Shown here piece by piece: positions 32,245 to 32,956 of a stretch of 32,956 nucleotides of DNA. The stretch's first letter is position 1, and every line of letters starts with the position of its first letter. The notes beneath the pieces were generated by a model. The model saw nothing but the letters and a program-made list of their open reading frames with translations, searched no databases and had not been told where the DNA came from. The stretch is from a virus. Where the stretch lies: IMG/VR virus record IMGVR_UViG_3300045988_168513, one strand, 5' to 3'. The position numbers and the translations under genes are program-made.

Positions 32245-32943
32245 TTATGCTGTTTGTTTCTGTTTATATTCCCTGTACAATTCTCCGACGCGGTTAATCT
32301 CGCCGGAAGTAATCCCGGCATACTGTGTTTCCAGCAGCCGGGCGATACTGAATGTATTCCCCGCGTCCCTGCTTTCTGCCTCCTTTTTATCCAGCCACTT
32401 GCAGACGATATTGACACTAACAGGGTCTTCAAGCACCTGCGGATTGAATGTCTTTTTGGACGGGTGTGTCTCCCCGGCCGGCATACTGCCATTCTTTTCC
32501 CGAAGAGCGTCTACATCATCCTCGTCGGTCGGAATATGGAAAAATTTCATCAGGAAATATCGTTCCCCATAGGTCATGGCCGAACCTGCTCCTTTATCCC
32601 AATCGTTCTGCCCGTTCGCTGCCCACTCGCACATCTCCTGCTGCCCGCTCTCCGCATCTATCCAGGTGAAGCGCATTTTTAGCGATGTATGCACCTCCGA
32701 TTTGTCGCGTTGTTCGCGCCCTACCTTGTAATCCTGCCTCGTGTTGACAATATCGACGATTTCAGATTTGAGAAGAAGTCCCAGCTCGTCCATCTTCGGA
32801 CGAACGACACTAAGCAGCTTGTTGCCGGAGACATATTTATAATCACCTGTCCCTCCCTGTTTCTCGGGGAAAAGACCGCGCACGGCCTTCTGCAACTCCA
32901 ATAGTTTTTTATATAATTCTGTATTCGTTTCCATGTCGTTCAT
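32245..32943 (-). CDS. erf: ERF-family single-strand annealing protein
   Basis: 232 aa. ..YKYVSGNKLLSVVRPKMDELGLLL.. and ..GSAMTYGERYFLMKFFHIP.. resemble ERF/SSAP core motifs. Adjacent to the Gp157-like and SSB-type genes. Confidence 0.6.
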   Translation of the reverse strand: MNDMETNTELYKKLLELQKAVRGLFPEKQGGTGDYKYVSGNKLLSVVRPKMDELGLLLKSEIVDIVNTRQDYKVGREQRDKSEVHTSLKMRFTWIDAESGQQEMCEWAANGQNDWDKGAGSAMTYGERYFLMKFFHIPTDEDDVDALREKNGSMPAGETHPSKKTFNPQVLEDPVSVNIVCKWLDKKEAESRDAGNTFSIARLLETQYAGITSGEINRVGELYREYKQKQTA

Positions 32944-32956
32944 GTTACATTAAAGC
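32902..32956. repeat. Terminal 55-bp sequence identical to 1..55
   Basis: Exact duplicate of the window start. Confidence 0.9.

Overview
The window is one complete tailed-phage (Caudoviricetes, siphovirus-like) genome. Bases 1-55 are identical to 32902-32956, so the unique length is 32,901 bp and the contig closes into a circle (or is terminally redundant).

Two arms diverge from an AT-rich control region at about 4073-4242 and converge at about 22.5-22.6 kb.

- Rightward late arm (4243-22610): terS, terL, three small unknown genes, two large virion/tail proteins (799 and 675 aa), a tape-measure-like protein, a ClpP-type prohead protease with a scaffold-like tail, major capsid, putative major tail protein, putative portal, and a lysis block (membrane proteins plus an M15 peptidase) interrupted by a ~20% GC moron.
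- Leftward early arm (4072 down to 44, wrapping to 32943 and on down to 22501): an HTH regulator, a tRNA-like gene, a low-GC serine-recombinase cassette bounded by perfect 33-bp direct repeats, an N6A-type methyltransferase, a 48-unit Cys-hexapeptide repeat protein, Erf / Gp157-like / DUF3127-like / SSB / NinB-like / RuvC-like recombination genes, a pentapeptide-repeat protein, a second hexapeptide-repeat protein, a replication initiator with internal phased iterons, a DnaC-like loader, a C5 cytosine methyltransferase, several small Zn-ribbon proteins, an ASCH-like protein and a YopX-like remnant.

Most unusual observations:
1. The C5-MTase gene carries a 252-codon stop-free +1-frame ORF that itself reads like methyltransferase target-recognition and motif-IX sequence.
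2. The recombinase cassette splits a small ORF, and precise excision at its 33-bp repeats would rebuild that ORF.
3. Four early genes are interrupted (one in-frame TAG, two needing +1 shifts, one needing a -1 shift at an A5 run), next to a tRNA-like gene with a grossly expanded anticodon loop.
4. Three solenoid-repeat proteins sit inside the recombination module, one built from about 860 bp of near-perfect 18-bp repeats.

All functional calls come from motif and family recognition by eye. No database search or folding program was run. A Bacteroidota host is only weakly suggested, by TAnnTTTG boxes and by the general look of the protein families.
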